Source: Eledone cirrhosa
Taxonomy: Eukaryota
Assembly: GCA_964016885.1 (NCBI GenBank)
Contig: OZ024741.1
Coordinates: 127,038,001-127,102,000 of the forward strand
Direction: 5' to 3'
DNA: 64,000 bases
Shown: one piece after another, positions 29,581-44,104 of the stretch
How positions within the stretch are numbered: position 1 is the stretch's first letter
Layout: every line of letters begins with the position of its first letter
Notes under the pieces: generated by a model
The model's input: the letters and a program-made list of their open reading frames with translations, nothing else
Told to the model about the DNA's origin: nothing
Databases searched by the model: none
Translations under genes and position numbers: made by a program

Positions 29581-29849
29581 GAGGTTTCTTGGGTGTTTTA
29601 ATGATAGAGGTCCCATTCCTATTGTGAAATAGTGCGTGGCCCATGAACCCAAACAGCCGCCTTGTCCAGGAATCGATCCCACGACTATATTAACATAAGT
29701 CCAATATCGTAACCACAAGACTTTCCTTGTGATTTCTTACTGATAAAACATTGTGCTCATTTCTGTATGAAATAAATCATGTACATTCTCTAATGTATTT
29801 AGTATCTTATTTCACTGTGGTCTCTTTCCGTTCATCTTTAGAAAACCAT

Positions 29850-29968
<119 letters not shown>

Positions 29969-30194
29969 TGTTTCTACTTTGGGCACAAGGCCAGCAATTA
30001 CCCAGTGCATTACTGGTACTTTATTATAATAATAATATATAATATGATATATAACATACATATATGTGTGTGTTCATGCTTTTATATCACAGGGTCTCAT
30101 GCTATTTCATATCCAATGATTTAATGATATATTTTTGTGTATGTTTTTTATCCTTTTGTTTATTTTGTTTGTTTTTTTGTTTTTGTTTTTTCAG

Positions 30195-30396
30195 GCTGTT
30201 ATTTTCCAAGAACAACGCAAAATGTTCAGACAAGGAATGTTTCACCAATGCCGTGAAAGATATAATGGGGTTTGGCAAAAGCAACTGTATTCGGCATCAT
30301 CATTGATTCTGCTGTTCGTTATCCCGCTCATAATAATGGTTACATCCTACCTGCTCATATTAAAGACTATTATCAAAACATCACGACAGTTTCACG
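30195..30396 (+). CDS. GNRHR: GnRH/corazonin-type receptor internal exon (end of TM4, ECL2, TM5, start of ICL3)
   Basis: Long polypyrimidine tract plus TTTCAG acceptor (AG 30193-30194), and GTAAGT donor at 30397. Encodes AVIFQEQRKMFRQGMFHQCRERYNGVWQKQLYSASSLILLFVIPLIIMVTSYLLILKTIIKTSRQFH, with the ECL2 Cys and TM5 FxIP...Y motif. Recognised from memory as Octopus GnRH-receptor-like. Confidence 0.9.
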
Positions 30397-30875
30397 GTAA
30401 GTCAACTTCACTTTTTTTAACCAATAAATGTCGGAAACCGATTTTCATGTATTGTTATGTAACCTGGACGCAGTGTGGCCAAATGTGGTATCTTTAGTTG
30501 TGATATACCCATGTGTAGACACAGCAGAATGGAATGATTAAGATGTTGACTTCCCAATTATTAAATTACGTGTTCTATCACCCTATATAGCATCTTCAGA
30601 AAGTGTCATTTACCATAGCCTTGGATCGACCTATTCCTTGAAAGTGGATAGTCGGAAACTGCTTGTAAGACTGTCAAATGGACTGGTCCTTTAATTCAAA
30701 GGGCCACCCTTCTCGCACACAAACATTTAATTTCATTGAGAATTACGTTTAGGGTACATATGTCTGTGGAATGTTCAGCCACTTACACGGATGTCCATAA
30801 TATTTTATGTATCATGTTTTTATCAGTCAAACATTTTGCGTCTACCAATTTCAAAATTATGTGTATGTTTGTGTG

Positions 30876-31002
<127 letters not shown>

Positions 31003-31054
31003 AACACATATATTAATAAATAAATAAAATAATATATATATATATATGTATATT

Positions 31055-31790
31055 CTTCTTAGCCTTAGGTCCTCCTATGCCCTCCTGGTCTTCTTCTCCA
31101 ATTTACACGATCAGCTGCGGCATCTTGCGTCCAGTCCAGTCCAATCCTCTAGAGATTCTTTTTTTAATTTGAGCGCCAGGTTTTGTTGGGTCTCCCTTTT
31201 TTCGCTTACCACTGACTTGAATCCATCTCATTGCCACAGAGGGGTTCCAGGACTCAGACATGCGCAGAATGTGTCCAGCCAGTTTCAAGCACGTTTCAGC
31301 GATGGTATCAATCAGTAGCCTCTGTATTTCTTTTCAGCACCTCTAAATTAGTAATTCAGCATTTTCAGGATTTTTCTTTGGCATCTTTATCGGAAAACGT
31401 TGAGCTTCTTTAGAATTTTGGCAGCCATTTTCCATGTTTCTCTAGCATATATAGCAATTGTGATTATAATACTGTTGAAGAGCTGCAGTTTGATGGGCGT
31501 GGAGATTATTTGCGATGACCAAATGCTTCTCATGCGCGGAAATACTGCAGTTTACATCAAGCTTAGTAAGGCTTTCATTGGAGACTATGCTGTCTGTGTT
31601 TCAATTTGCATTTTCTCAGCAATTTTCTTGCCAATTTGCACTACTTTGGTCTTTTCTTTTTTAATTCTGAGTCCAATTTTTGCTGCAGATTCTTCTAATT
31701 GTGTTATGATTATTTGATTTTGTCCAATGGTGTTCCTCAATAATGCCAAATTATTGTCGAAATCCAAATCTGTCAGTTCCTTAGAATCAG
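31055..31790 (-). mobile_element. RTE-clade LINE 3' fragment, decayed
   Basis: DLDFDNNLALL...LEESAAKIGLRIKKEKTK and LKLAGHILRM...VAMRW. Confidence 0.75.
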
Positions 31791-31971
31791 TTCATTGTTT
31801 TGAGTTTGAGCATGAATTTCCATTTATTTCCTCACTGAGAAAAACATAGGGGACAGAATGCATATATATATGCCAAGCTTAGATTATTTTTCATTGCGCT
31901 AAAGCTGTTAATTCTAAGTTAACTTTAAATTAAAAGAATTCGAATCGCTTAATGATTCTAAAAATGGTGTT

Positions 31972-32314
<343 letters not shown>

Positions 32315-32317
<3 letters not shown>

Positions 32318-33030
32318 GTCACTTGCCAAACAAGTACAACTCTGACTAAAGTGACTCTTTCATGATGTAATTGCTTTAGTTTCAACACACACTTTCAGAT
32401 CAAGTCACTGACCAGACAACTACAACTCTGACTAAAGTGACTCTTCCATGATGTAATTGCTTTAGTTTCAACACACACTTTCAGATCAAGTCACTGACCA
32501 GACAACTACAACTCTGACTAAAGTGACTCTTCCATGATGTAATTGCTTTAGTTTCAACACACACTTTCAGATCAAGTCACTGACCAGACAACTACAACTC
32601 TGACTAAAGTGACTCTTCCATGATGTAATTGCTTTAGTTTCAACACACACTTTCAGATCAAGTCACTGACCAGACAACTACAACTGTGACTAAAGTGACT
32701 CTTCCATGATGTAATTGCTTTAGTTTCAACACACACTTTCAGATCAAGTCACTGACCAGACAACTACAACTGTGACTAAAGTGACTCTTCCATGATGTAA
32801 TTGCTTTAGTTTCAACACACAATCTCATTTCATGTCGTTTGACCAGACAACTACAACTGTGGCTAAAACGACTCTTCCACAGTGTGTAGTTGTTTTAGTT
32901 TCAACAGACAATCCCAGATCAAGTCACTGGCCAGACAATTACAACCTTGACTAACATTACCCTTCCAAGATTTAGTTGTTTGAGTTTCATCCCGTGGTCT
33001 CAGTTCATGTCGTTTGACAGACAACTACAA
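32315..33030. repeat. 86-bp tandem minisatellite, about 8 copies
   Basis: CAAGTCACTGACCAGACAACTACAAC... recurs at 32401, 32487, 32573, 32659 and 32745. Outer copies are diverged. No spacers. Confidence 0.95.
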
Positions 33031-33159
33031 TCCCTATATCATATATTATACACAGAAAACATAATTTAAAGGAAGTACTGGGAGTTTGATATGATCAACT
33101 AAAATACCTTCAGTGCAATGCTCCAGCACAACCACAGTCTAATAATTGAGAGCAGTAAA

Positions 33160-33860
33160 TTAATGGTTTCTAATTTTAACACCGGGCCATCAATTTTTGA
33201 GAGGAAAAGGAAAAGCTGATTATATTAACCCAGTACTTGACTAATACTTTATTTTATCGACCTTGAAAGACTAAAAGGCAACGTTAACCTCTGTGGGATT
33301 TGAACTTAGAAGATAGATACGGAAAAAATATTGCTAATCATTTGTCGGACTATCAAACAATCCACCGTCTTTAACCCACCATTAAAATAAATGTTTTCTG
33401 ATTTAGGTATAAGGCCAACAATCTTTTGGGAGGAGGGTTAAATTGATTGAATTGACTCCAATACGTCAATTACTGGCGCTTTATTTTATCGACCCCTTAA
33501 GGATGGAAGGCAAAGCTAATCTCGAAGGGGTTTGAACTCAGAAAGTAGTGACCGAACAAATATTGCTAAGCATTTGTCTGATGCTCAAATGGTTTTAACA
33601 AACCACCACCTTTAACCCACATGTAAAATAATGATTTCTAATATAGGCACAAGTCCAGAAATTTGGAGAGGGGAAAAAACGATTAAATCGACCCCAGTGC
33701 ATTACTGGTATTTTATTTTATCGACCTCGTAAGGATGAAAGGCAAAGTTAACCTCGGTGGGATTTGAACTCAGAAAGTAGAAACCGAACAAATATTGCTA
33801 AGTCTTTGTCCGACGTTCAAATGGTTTTAACAATCCACCAGCTTTAACCCACCAGTAAAA
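33160..33860 (-). mobile_element. Three tandem tRNA-SINE copies (about 240-bp unit)
   Basis: Each has TTATTTTATCGACC...AAGGCAA.G.TAA.CTC...TTTGAACT.AGAA and ends in TTTAACCCAC. Confidence 0.8.
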
Positions 33861-34175
33861 TAATAAAAGAATAAATAGCTACGTCTAAAGTTATGGTCCG
33901 TAGGTAATATCTGCAGATTTCTTATTAGTAGTCGGTTATCAATGTTTGTTGCTTGTTTTTGTTGCTATTTTCCTTTTATCTTGAACATCATGTTAACGCC
34001 TGTTACACAACAATATCTTAACGTTTTACTGCTGTGCACACTTTCATTTTTCGTCTTAGATGATTATGTTTGCTGTGTTGCACCAGTCTGTATCCGTGTA
34101 TTTATGCATATATGTTTGTATGTACGTGTTTGCATATATGTTTGTATGTACATATGTATGTGTTTAGATGTATAA

Positions 34176-34266
<91 letters not shown>

Positions 34267-34339
34267 TATATATATATATATATACACCTAAACACATGCA
34301 TATATCAATACACATGTACATACAAACATACATACATAA

Positions 34340-34404
<65 letters not shown>

Positions 34405-34603
34405 GATGTGTACGTGTGTGTGTTTGTGTGTATGTGCAAATTCATATTTGTATGTATGCAGAAATGTATGATTGTATATATGTATATTATATGTATGCAT
34501 ATAAATATGTGAGTGTGCGTATGTGCGTTTATATGTATGTGCATACTAACATATGTATATATGCAGGAATTTATATATGTATATATGTATATTGCATGTA
34601 TGC

Positions 34604-34641
<38 letters not shown>

Positions 34642-34978
34642 AAATATGTATTCATCTATTTATGTATTTATGAATATGTACACATGCGTACTAGTAAAAT
34701 TCATTATTGATACAATATGAAGATTCATTGCGCTGAACAAAAATGGGGAAAAGTTATTTCTCAAATCTTATGCATATTGTATATTTCCTCCCCATTAGCC
34801 AAACACTTTACCATCTTACCTGACTCATTTTCAACTTTTTATCTTTCAGACTAACTAAAACCATTGCCAAAACTTTTCTTTAATAATAGTCATATATTTT
34901 CTACGGTTTGGCTTTGTATATATATGTGTGGGAGGGTGAGTGTTTGTGTATGTGTATGTGTGTGTGTGCCTGTGTGTA

Positions 34979-35045
<67 letters not shown>

Positions 35046-35190
35046 TAGGGTAGCATGTGCTTTTACTCTACGTAAGTAGACGCACAACGTTAATATGTAT
35101 AATTTATGGGAAACTGAAACTTGACAAATCGTGATATATATATATATGTATATACATATATATACATATATATATACATATATATATATA

Positions 35191-35592
35191 AAAGAAGAAA
35201 TTAAAAGATGGTTAAAAAAGTTCCATATATTTTATTATGCGTATTTCAAAAACAACATCATGCTGGGACAAAAATTGTGTTCTCATCAGATAAAATAAGG
35301 TGACATGATATGAGGCCTAAAAACACTTGTCAATAAGAAAGTAGACTAGACACTTTCTTGTTGACAAGTGTTTTTAGGCCTCATATCATGTCACCTTATT
35401 TTATCTGATGAGAACACAATTTTTGTCCCAGCATGATGTTGTTTTTGAAATACGCATAATAAAATATATGGAACTTTTTTAACCATCTTTTAATTTCTTC
35501 TTTAATATATACTCCAGTTCTACCAACTGTTGAGTGCTACTTATCGGATATATACATTGTTTTATTGTTCTACAATATTACTCACCTTCTAC
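35191..35592 (+). mobile_element. Fold-back mini-element related to family A: 152-bp near-perfect arms, HHR in each arm, about 90-bp tail
   Basis: 35191-35342 is inverted relative to 35352-35503. HHR at 35397-35466 (+): UAUUUUAU-CUGAUGA-...-GAAA-UACGCA-UA^-AUAAAAUA, with its mirror at 35228-35297 (-). Confidence 0.85.
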
Positions 35593-35609
35593 ATATATAT
35601 ATACCAACT

Positions 35610-37945
35610 TAAATGGGTGACTGCCATCAACAACGCCACGGAAAATAACAGCACCCACACAACCCGCCCCAAGTTCCCCACTTACCACCTCGACAACCCA
35701 CTCCACCCCTCCACCCCCACCCCACTCCACACACCAATCACGAACTCGACACTAAACACATCAGGTTAAAACACTCCATCTCTGATATCCTACACAAACA
35801 CACACACGCACAACACACAACTTCACTAAATCTCAACTCACCACTCTCTCCAACCTGAAATCGAGGAAACTCATCTCCGACAGAGAGGCCTACAACACCC
35901 TGGCCCTCCAACACCTTGACGATGACATCCTCTACTCTAAGTCACAGGAATCACTCCCGCGCAGATCGAGGAGTACATCAACGCTGCCTGGACCAACATC
36001 TGTGACCGCCGGAAGCTCCTGAAGAAGCTCAGATACAACCTCCTTACGAGGAACAGCAGACTACCCGCCTTCTATCACCTCGTGAAAACACACAAACAGG
36101 GACCCGACCTGAAGATCAGGCCTATTGTATCGAGCGTGGAAGGACCGCTCTACAAAATGTCATGGCTCCTAGCCAGAATACTTAAACCCCTACTGGACAC
36201 CTTGCCGGGACACGTAAATAGCTCTGAGGAGGTGTTGGAGCGCCTGCATCAAATGGATCCCGACACCAGAAAGGCTAACAGGTATGCCTTCAGCCTTGAT
36301 GTGGTCGCTCTTTACACCTCGGTCCCGGCGCTCCAGGCCGTTGATATACTGATAGAACGTGTTCAATCTACCAACCTACACTGCTTCGGGCTCACCCCCA
36401 CGGACATCCGTCGTCGATGACAACACTTATTTCAGTTTTCTCGACCAAACATACCGGCAAACCTCAGGGCTACCCATGGGTTCAAGCTTGTCGGGTGTGC
36501 TAGCGATCTCGTACATGGACAGCCTCGAGCGCAAGGGACTCAACGCCTGCCACCCCAACGCCGTCGCCTTCTTCTCAAGATACGTGGACGTTCAGCAATA
36601 CGTTCAGCAACACAGACGAGAATATTAACTTCAGTGTTGAACACCCCAACTACGACGGGTCCTTGCCCTCCTCGACTTCCGAATCAACATCACGGAACAG
36701 GGAGGGATCCACACCAGCTATTTCCGCAAGGCAGCCTGCAGTGACTTGTTCGTCCACTACAAATCTGCCCTCCCTAACAGTGCTAAAAGAGGGTACATCA
36801 CGAACGAGATCACGCGGATTAAAAACAGATGCAGCGATCCCGTTAGTGGTGTCACCCTTACCAAGCGGTTCTTCGGGGTGCTGGAGACGAACTGATACCC
36901 AGCCTCGCTTACAAGCAGAGTAAGAGACACCAGACGCAAGAGGCAGAGAAACACCCAAGGCAAGTGCCTCCTTAAAATCCCGCACCTGGGCGAGAAAACC
37001 ACCAACGCTATCCACAGGGCTATACGGAAAGTGGGCCTCGACATCCACCTGGCCCATTCGGGCCCCTCCCTACGGAGATGACTCTCCAGGAAACCCGGGA
37101 AATTGACTGACGCGTGTTCCCTCAGCAACTGTCCGATGCGCCAAACGAACTGTTGCTTACGCACGTTGTATACAAGGTAGAATGTGGCAAGTGCAACTAC
37201 TACTATACCGGTAGCACAACCCGGCCACTACATATCCGGATCAAGGAGCACATCAACACCAGGGCCTCATCACAGTGCTAGCGACAGAACGCAACGTCGT
37301 CACTTTAAGAATCAAGGAAGCACTTTGGATCAAACGCCTAGGACCACAAATAAATAACCGATCCGAGAGTAGCGAGACTAGATGGCTGGTGTAAACAAGC
37401 GAAACAACAACACACACACAGACAGTGGCATTCGAACGATTGTTATTGTATGTATAGCGCGCCCACCATCCACCGACCAACAAACAACAATCAGGCAGAC
37501 TACCAACACTGCCAGTGTCAAAGACTGAATATAGGTAGTATAATGGATTGACAACAAAGCACCATCCCACTACCATAGTAAAGAAGAACTGCCTCGACAT
37601 TTGCTTGACCGCACCTATTCCGCGCGCACGTTGCTCTACAGAATATCTCAGTTGTACACAAACGGCAGACAACAGAGGCCACGTATCGTTTCTCTCCGAC
37701 TAAAAACTTTCCCTCTCGGAAAAACCCCCAGTTGATGGATGCGAAATCCGAAATATAGGGACAATTAAATCTCTTCCAAATTAATTCTATCTCGTGTTAT
37801 TATTTTTACGCTTTTTCCTACGTTCCTCTACACCCTATACGTCTCATTCTACATTTCCTCTTACATCTCTCTCTTCACCACCGGATTCTGTTACCCAGAG
37901 ATTTACCCATCTGCATTGTTGAGGCGGCTTCCAAAACGACCAAAT
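35610..37945 (+). mobile_element. Penelope/Poseidon-like element, decayed RT plus GIY-YIG
   Basis: KTHK....IRPIVS...SLDVVALYTSVP...YRQTSGLPMGSSLS...SRYVD, and VVYKVECGKCNYYYTGSTTRPLHIRIKEH. Degenerate HHR at 37726-37760. Confidence 0.9.
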
Positions 37946-37962
37946 GTTTATAGATATATATA

Positions 37963-38044
<82 letters not shown>

Positions 38045-38050
<6 letters not shown>

Positions 38051-38503
38051 ATTAAATAAATGGAAAACTATATTTATAAAACCATATTTATTTCATTATA
38101 TATATTTCGGGGATATCATATTAACAATATGCTATGCCTTCATCAGACAAAATACAATATAAACAGTTTTATAGATAAATATATTCGACATACCGTAATA
38201 AACATCAACTTCATTTGAAGAGGTTTACGCTAGCAAGTAACCTCTTCAAATGAAGTTGATGTTTATTACGGTATGTCGAATATATTTATCTATAAAACTG
38301 TTTATATTGTATTTTGTCTGATGAAGGCATAGCATATTGTTAATATGATATCCCCGAAATATATATAATGAAATAAATATGGTTTTATAAATATAGTTTT
38401 CCATTTATTTAATATTGTAAATATACTCCAAATATTTGTCGAGTGCTTTTATATCAGTTATAAATATTTACTAGTTGTAACCCAACAATTTTAAATATAA
38501 CTT

Positions 38504-38507
<4 letters not shown>
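38045..38507 (+). mobile_element. Fold-back mini-element: 181-bp apparently perfect arms, HHR in each arm, about 88-bp tail
   Basis: 38045-38225 is inverted relative to 38239-38419. HHR at 38310-38375 (+): UAUUUUGU-CUGAUGA-...-GAAA-UAUAUA-UA^-AUGAAAUA. Confidence 0.85.
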
Positions 38508-38580
<73 letters not shown>

Positions 38581-38947
38581 TAAGTAAAGAATCGTTGGTT
38601 GATCATTTAATTGACCGTCTGTAGTATAAACTGAAGTAAAGCGTCCCACGACGTGGGTTCCTTAATGTATTATGAATAAGGTTTCAGATGGAGTGTCAAT
38701 ATTATAAAGAAGAGGGATGATTTTAAGTATACATTCTCTGTTTATCATATAATCCTGTTATACGTGTTTCAAAGACATCAAAATGATTGCATGATAACCC
38801 TTTAACGTATTTTCATCAGACAGGTGTTACGTTGTAATGTTTTTGCTTTTGGTATGCCACCCTAGTTAGGAATATGTTCGCCGCTTTCCTTTCCGATTAA
38901 AACATATTTTCTATTCTATTTATCATTCATTCTTTTTTTTATTGCAG

Positions 38948-39236
38948 ATACTCCAATATCCCCCACTTCGATGTCGTGTTATAGTGTTAACCATGGACAA
39001 ATTCGAACACATCTTTTTGAAAGGGCCAGGAAGAAATCATCACGTATGAGTGCAGTGATTGTCGCAGCTTTCATTCTTTGTTGGACGCCATATTACATAA
39101 TATTCTTAGGTTTCGCATTCTTCCATTGGGAGAACAATCAGACTATCCTATACTTCTTCTTTCTCGGAACTTCCAACTGCATGCTAAACCCGCTCATCTA
39201 TGGAGCCTTTACCATATATAAGGTTCACAGAGGAAG
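38948..39236 (+). CDS. GNRHR: GnRH/corazonin-type receptor internal exon (ICL3, TM6, ECL3, TM7, start of C-tail)
   Basis: TTGCAG acceptor (AG 38946-38947). The phase-1 join G|AT gives Asp in frame with the previous exon. Encodes DTPISPTSMSCYSVNHGQIRTHLFERARKKSSRMSAVIVAAFILCWTPYY...SNCMLNPLIYGAF...HRG, with CWxP and NPxxY motifs. Likely donor GTCAGT at 39237. Confidence 0.92.
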
Positions 39237-39599
39237 GTCAGTTTCTTACCGTTTATTTATTTATATGTAACTACACTTTAAATGGTATGTTTAAATATGC
39301 AATTATATTTTGCTAGTATAAATCACACTCACACACACACACACACACATACATATGTACATATATATACATACAAATTAGCATACATGTCCAATCACAC
39401 GTGTATATGTATATATATATATGTGTGTGTGAGTAGGTGTGTTGGTAGGAAACCGTAACTCCTGGGAGAGTCGTAGGGGCTCTGAGGTGACATACGTTTC
39501 TTGGGCATTTTATTTATAGCTGGCGGAGCTCATGCCCTTCTCCAGATGTGAATGCAGATAATTGTTTCTAGGTTAAGGAAAGACAGTGATAGATAGGAC

Positions 39600-39659
<60 letters not shown>

Positions 39660-39663
<4 letters not shown>

Positions 39664-39880
39664 CGAAGGAGGTGTAGTAAGGAACCAGATGGACCATAAC
39701 ACACCAGAGTACTCAATATTTAGGGTAGTAGAGTGGGTAATAGGAAAATGTATGACCCCGACGGCAGAGCTCAAGCCGTTTCAACGGCTATTTTAAGGTC
39801 GAAATATTTCCAGAATTTCAGTCCAGAAATAGCCGTCGAAACGGCTTGAGCTCCACCGTCGGGGTCATACATTTTCCTAT
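39660..39880 (-). mobile_element. Fold-back mini-element, family C
   Basis: Arms at about 39740-39795 and 39826-39880, with the family tail on the left in reverse orientation. Confidence 0.8.
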
Positions 39881-39881
39881 A

Positions 39882-39945
<64 letters not shown>

Positions 39946-39989
39946 CTTCGTTTTTTAATTTGTTTTGCAAGATTTCCTATCTGATTTCC

Positions 39990-40082
<93 letters not shown>

Positions 40083-40085
<3 letters not shown>

Positions 40086-40278
40086 GTTAGAACAGTGACA
40101 TATGCAGGTACTTAGGTTTCGTTGGGTTATGCACCCAACTTATTCAGCCTGTTATAAAAACAAAGATGTATAACCCAACGAAACATATGTACTTGTATAT
40201 GTCACTGTTCTAACTTAATTCGTCGTATGGACTAAGTGCTCTTACCCTTAGATATTTCTATCAAACTTTTACTACAGT
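40083..40278. mobile_element. Fold-back mini-element with hammerhead-like motif at 40105-40151 (-)
   Basis: Minus strand: CAGG, CUGAAUAA (variant core), GUUGGGU-GCAUA-ACCCAAC, GAAA, C-CUAA-G, UA^, CCUG. Arms at about 40085-40131 and 40168-40216. Confidence 0.65.
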
Positions 40279-40349
40279 ATATATATATATATAACGAAGG
40301 AAGTGTGGTAAGGAACCAGATGGACCATAACGCACCAGAGTACTCAATA

Positions 40350-40406
<57 letters not shown>

Positions 40407-40473
40407 ATAATAATAAAATTGAAGACTAAAATCCAAAGAGGGCTCGATTCTTTGCTTAAACTTTAATCTGTTA

Positions 40474-40551
<78 letters not shown>

Positions 40552-40554
<3 letters not shown>

Positions 40555-41195
40555 ATAAATTAACAGAGGCATAGGCCCTCGCTATTCCCTGTAAATAATG
40601 TGCTCAAAGGAGAAGAAATCCTGAGCTCTTTAAAATACAATATGTTGAAAAGGTAACATACCAGAGAGAGATATATAGTGCGCTATCAATAAAACAGGGG
40701 AAAAAACCACCAGTGTATGGAATCTATAACCTATGAAAGGCAGACTATAGACACGACAATTAAAAATATAAATTAAAGCGTAAATATATACCTCTATAAC
40801 TATATAACACACGTACAAATACAAAGATGCTAATCCAAAGATATGTTTCACCAGTAATTTGTTGAAAGAAATGGGTTAGCCTCGGTTCATCAGCGTGTGT
40901 AAGGCTATACATTTCAGACAACACTAAGAGAATTTTGAAAGTGACTGTCCAGCTACACGTGGGAGAGAGAAGTCACAGCGTGTTTAAGGGAAGTGAACCA
41001 GTGGCCACTGAGGGACGAACTGCTAGAAAGGGCAGCCCAAAGCCACTCAGAGAAGTGTGCTCAACCAAACAGAGATAGGAAAGACTGATAATTTTTAATT
41101 ATCGTGTCTATAGTCTGCCTTTCATAGGTTATAGATTCCATATACTGGTGGTTTTTTTCCCTATATCTCTCTCTGGTGTGTTACCTTTTCAACAT

Positions 41196-41200
<5 letters not shown>
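40552..41200. mobile_element. Fold-back element with about 110-140-bp inverted arms and decayed HHR core
   Basis: 40634-40770 is inverted relative to 41091-41201 (one indel). Minus strand has CUGAUGA-ACC...GGU-GAAA at 40846-40893. Confidence 0.7.
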
Positions 41201-41269
<69 letters not shown>

Positions 41270-41274
<5 letters not shown>

Positions 41275-41425
41275 AGAAATGTTAGCTATCGCCGTATTTT
41301 GACTAAAGAAATTAAAGAAATTATTTCTAAATAATTTCTTTAATTTCTTTAGTCAAAATACGGCGATAGCTAACATTTCTAATAATTTCAAATCCACTCG
41401 CTGTTTCGAAAAATATTCTTACATA
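41270..41425. repeat. Perfect palindrome (about 56-bp arms) plus short tail in (TA)n
   Basis: TTATTAGAAATGTTAGCTATCGCCGTATTTTGACTAAAGAAATTAAAGAAATTATTT, a 2-nt CT centre, then its reverse complement. Confidence 0.9.
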
Positions 41426-41619
41426 TATATATAATGACCATGTATATATAAACACACACATATGTTTACATATGCGCCTGGCCGTGTGCGCTGTTGTACT
41501 ATATCTATAAATTTTTAATGAACACCGTGTGTAGACAGATATAAGCGTCTTGTCTTCATATGCAATGTTTGCTTAATGTGCTGACACCGCTTATGAAACC
41601 CACTCTATTATTATGGGCT

Positions 41620-41671
<52 letters not shown>

Positions 41672-41951
41672 CGTGTGTGTAAAAAGTGTGTGTGTAAAAA
41701 GTAAACAGAAATAACAACACAGACAGCACAGTATATGGAAGGAATATTTTAGTTTAACGCTTGAAATAACAAGAAGAGAGTCTTAACGTTTTGGATGCTA
41801 GTCTTTCATCAGAAGAAAGAATGAGAAATTAGAAAGATTGAAGGGGCGGGCAGGGCAAAATCGGAGAAAGTAGTTTTTAGAGAAAAATAATAGGTCCATT
41901 CATCTTGCCATCTCTTGGAAAACTGGTATATATATATATATGTGTGTGTGT

Positions 41952-42023
<72 letters not shown>

Positions 42024-42352
42024 GGGGGGGTTATATATATATATGTATATTTATAATATATATGTGTGTGTGTATATATATATATATATATTAAAATAAC
42101 AGATTAAAGTTTAAGCGTGTATGAGTGACTAATAACTACACGTGTTTTCTCTTCTTTTTCGGTTTCCCTTTTTTCTATACTCGTTTGTCCTTTCTTCCTT
42201 CCCTCTGTTTCTCTTTTCCGATGACGGGCAAGCGCCTCAAACAATACGACTCCTTACGATCTGTATTAGGTGTTATGCTAATATACCATTAGTACATTTT
42301 TTCTTGTATTGCTTTTTTTCATATTGACTTTCCTTATATATATATCATATAC

Positions 42353-42705
<353 letters not shown>

Positions 42706-42929
42706 ATGCTGGCGTTTTGTGTATGATATTTTTTTTAGAGAAGTGGATGATATATATTGTCCACGTATATACTATTGTTGCCAGCCCGAATGGGCTTTTT
42801 ATTAAAACTTTTATAAAACAAAACAGAGTACATACGACGTTTTATTGAGGAAGGAAAGATAGGTCGGATTTGAAAATGTTATAAGACGTGTTGGTTTGAA
42901 ATGATAATTTTCAGATTGACGTCATCGTT

Positions 42930-43120
42930 AAAGCGACGGACAAAATTGCTTTTGGCATTTGTACTGGCTCTTTAGGTTTTGAATTCAAATACTACCGAGG
43001 TCAACTTTGCTTTCATCCTTCTCGGATCGATGACATATAGCACCAGTCAAGAACTGCGATCGATATAATCGACTTTTCCCCCTTCTCCCAAATTTCTGGT
43101 TTCGTGATAATGTTAAAAAA
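42930..43120 (+). mobile_element. tRNA-derived SINE (Meta-core-like family), decayed
   Basis: GAATTCAAAT...CCGAGGTCAACTTTGC.TTCATCCTT.TCGGATCGAT. Confidence 0.7.
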
Positions 43121-44067
43121 AATTATTAAACAACGATTTAGGAATTCATGAGGTTGTAGAATCAACGAATTGCCAGACCATAGTGTTAGTTTGCCTTGCC
43201 TTCGGCCTTCAGATCCGTTGGAGATATTCTAGAGTCACCGTCATGATCTAGAGTTTGTCTCGGGCATCTTTAAATCTAGTTGGAGCCCAGTGGCAGATTA
43301 AATGGGGGTGGCGGACTGTCTGGGGTGTAGCCAGAGATCCCCAATTAGTTTCTTTGCTGCCATGGTATATCAAAATCTGTTTGACGCAAGGGTTCTAATC
43401 AAAGTTTCATCCAGGGCCCCCTCATACAAGTTTAACCCCCCCCCCCTCTGTCTGATCACAGAAGAAAGCCAGTTTCCTTTCATGCATTTATTTATGTCGT
43501 CATCGTTACTGAAGAGTTATGTAGAATTAATACCCTTCACAAAGATTTTGACCGGGTTGGTATCCAAAAGGATTAAGAAAATGGGCCAATTGTGTAAAGG
43601 TATCAAATTTGATATTCTTGAAAAATAATTTATACCTTCTGTTAGATAATTATCAATCTCTAAACCAAACCATTTTGACATCTTTCTTACTAGGCACAAA
43701 AATATGGAAAATTGGATAGTATGAAGTACATATATTGCCCAAAGCGTGTGTGTAAAGTGAACTTGCATCAGGAGAGAATTGAGACAGGGTCGAGGGACGC
43801 TCTATGTAAAGAAATGTTGAACTATGCAAAAGAAGATGGTTAAATCTGCGCTAGATGAGACGCCAGACTCTCTGTCTCTCTCTCTCTCAGTAAGCATTCC
43901 CGGCTGATTTGGTACCAACTTCATGTCAGTTTGGTATAGACTGGCTTATATACATTTGGTATAGACTGGCTTATATACATTGTAGACTATACAATAAATA
44001 TAGTGCAACACTCTACCGGCTCGGCTATCTTCATTGCAACTCTCTTTCTCATTTTTGTCTTACACAC

Positions 44068-44104
<37 letters not shown>

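Noticed and set aside
32315-33030. Regular repeat array as a possible CRISPR
   Set aside because: Units are contiguous with no unique spacers, the context is eukaryotic, and no cas genes are present.
35191-38507. Palindromes as MITEs or miRNA precursors
   Set aside because: They have asymmetric tails, variable arm lengths, homology to PLE termini and internal HHR motifs. These fit retroelement fold-backs, and no fixed TIR/TSD is evident.
43288-43450. Small MITE with CAGTGGCAGATTAA-like ends
   Set aside because: The right end is too degenerate and I found no target-site duplication.
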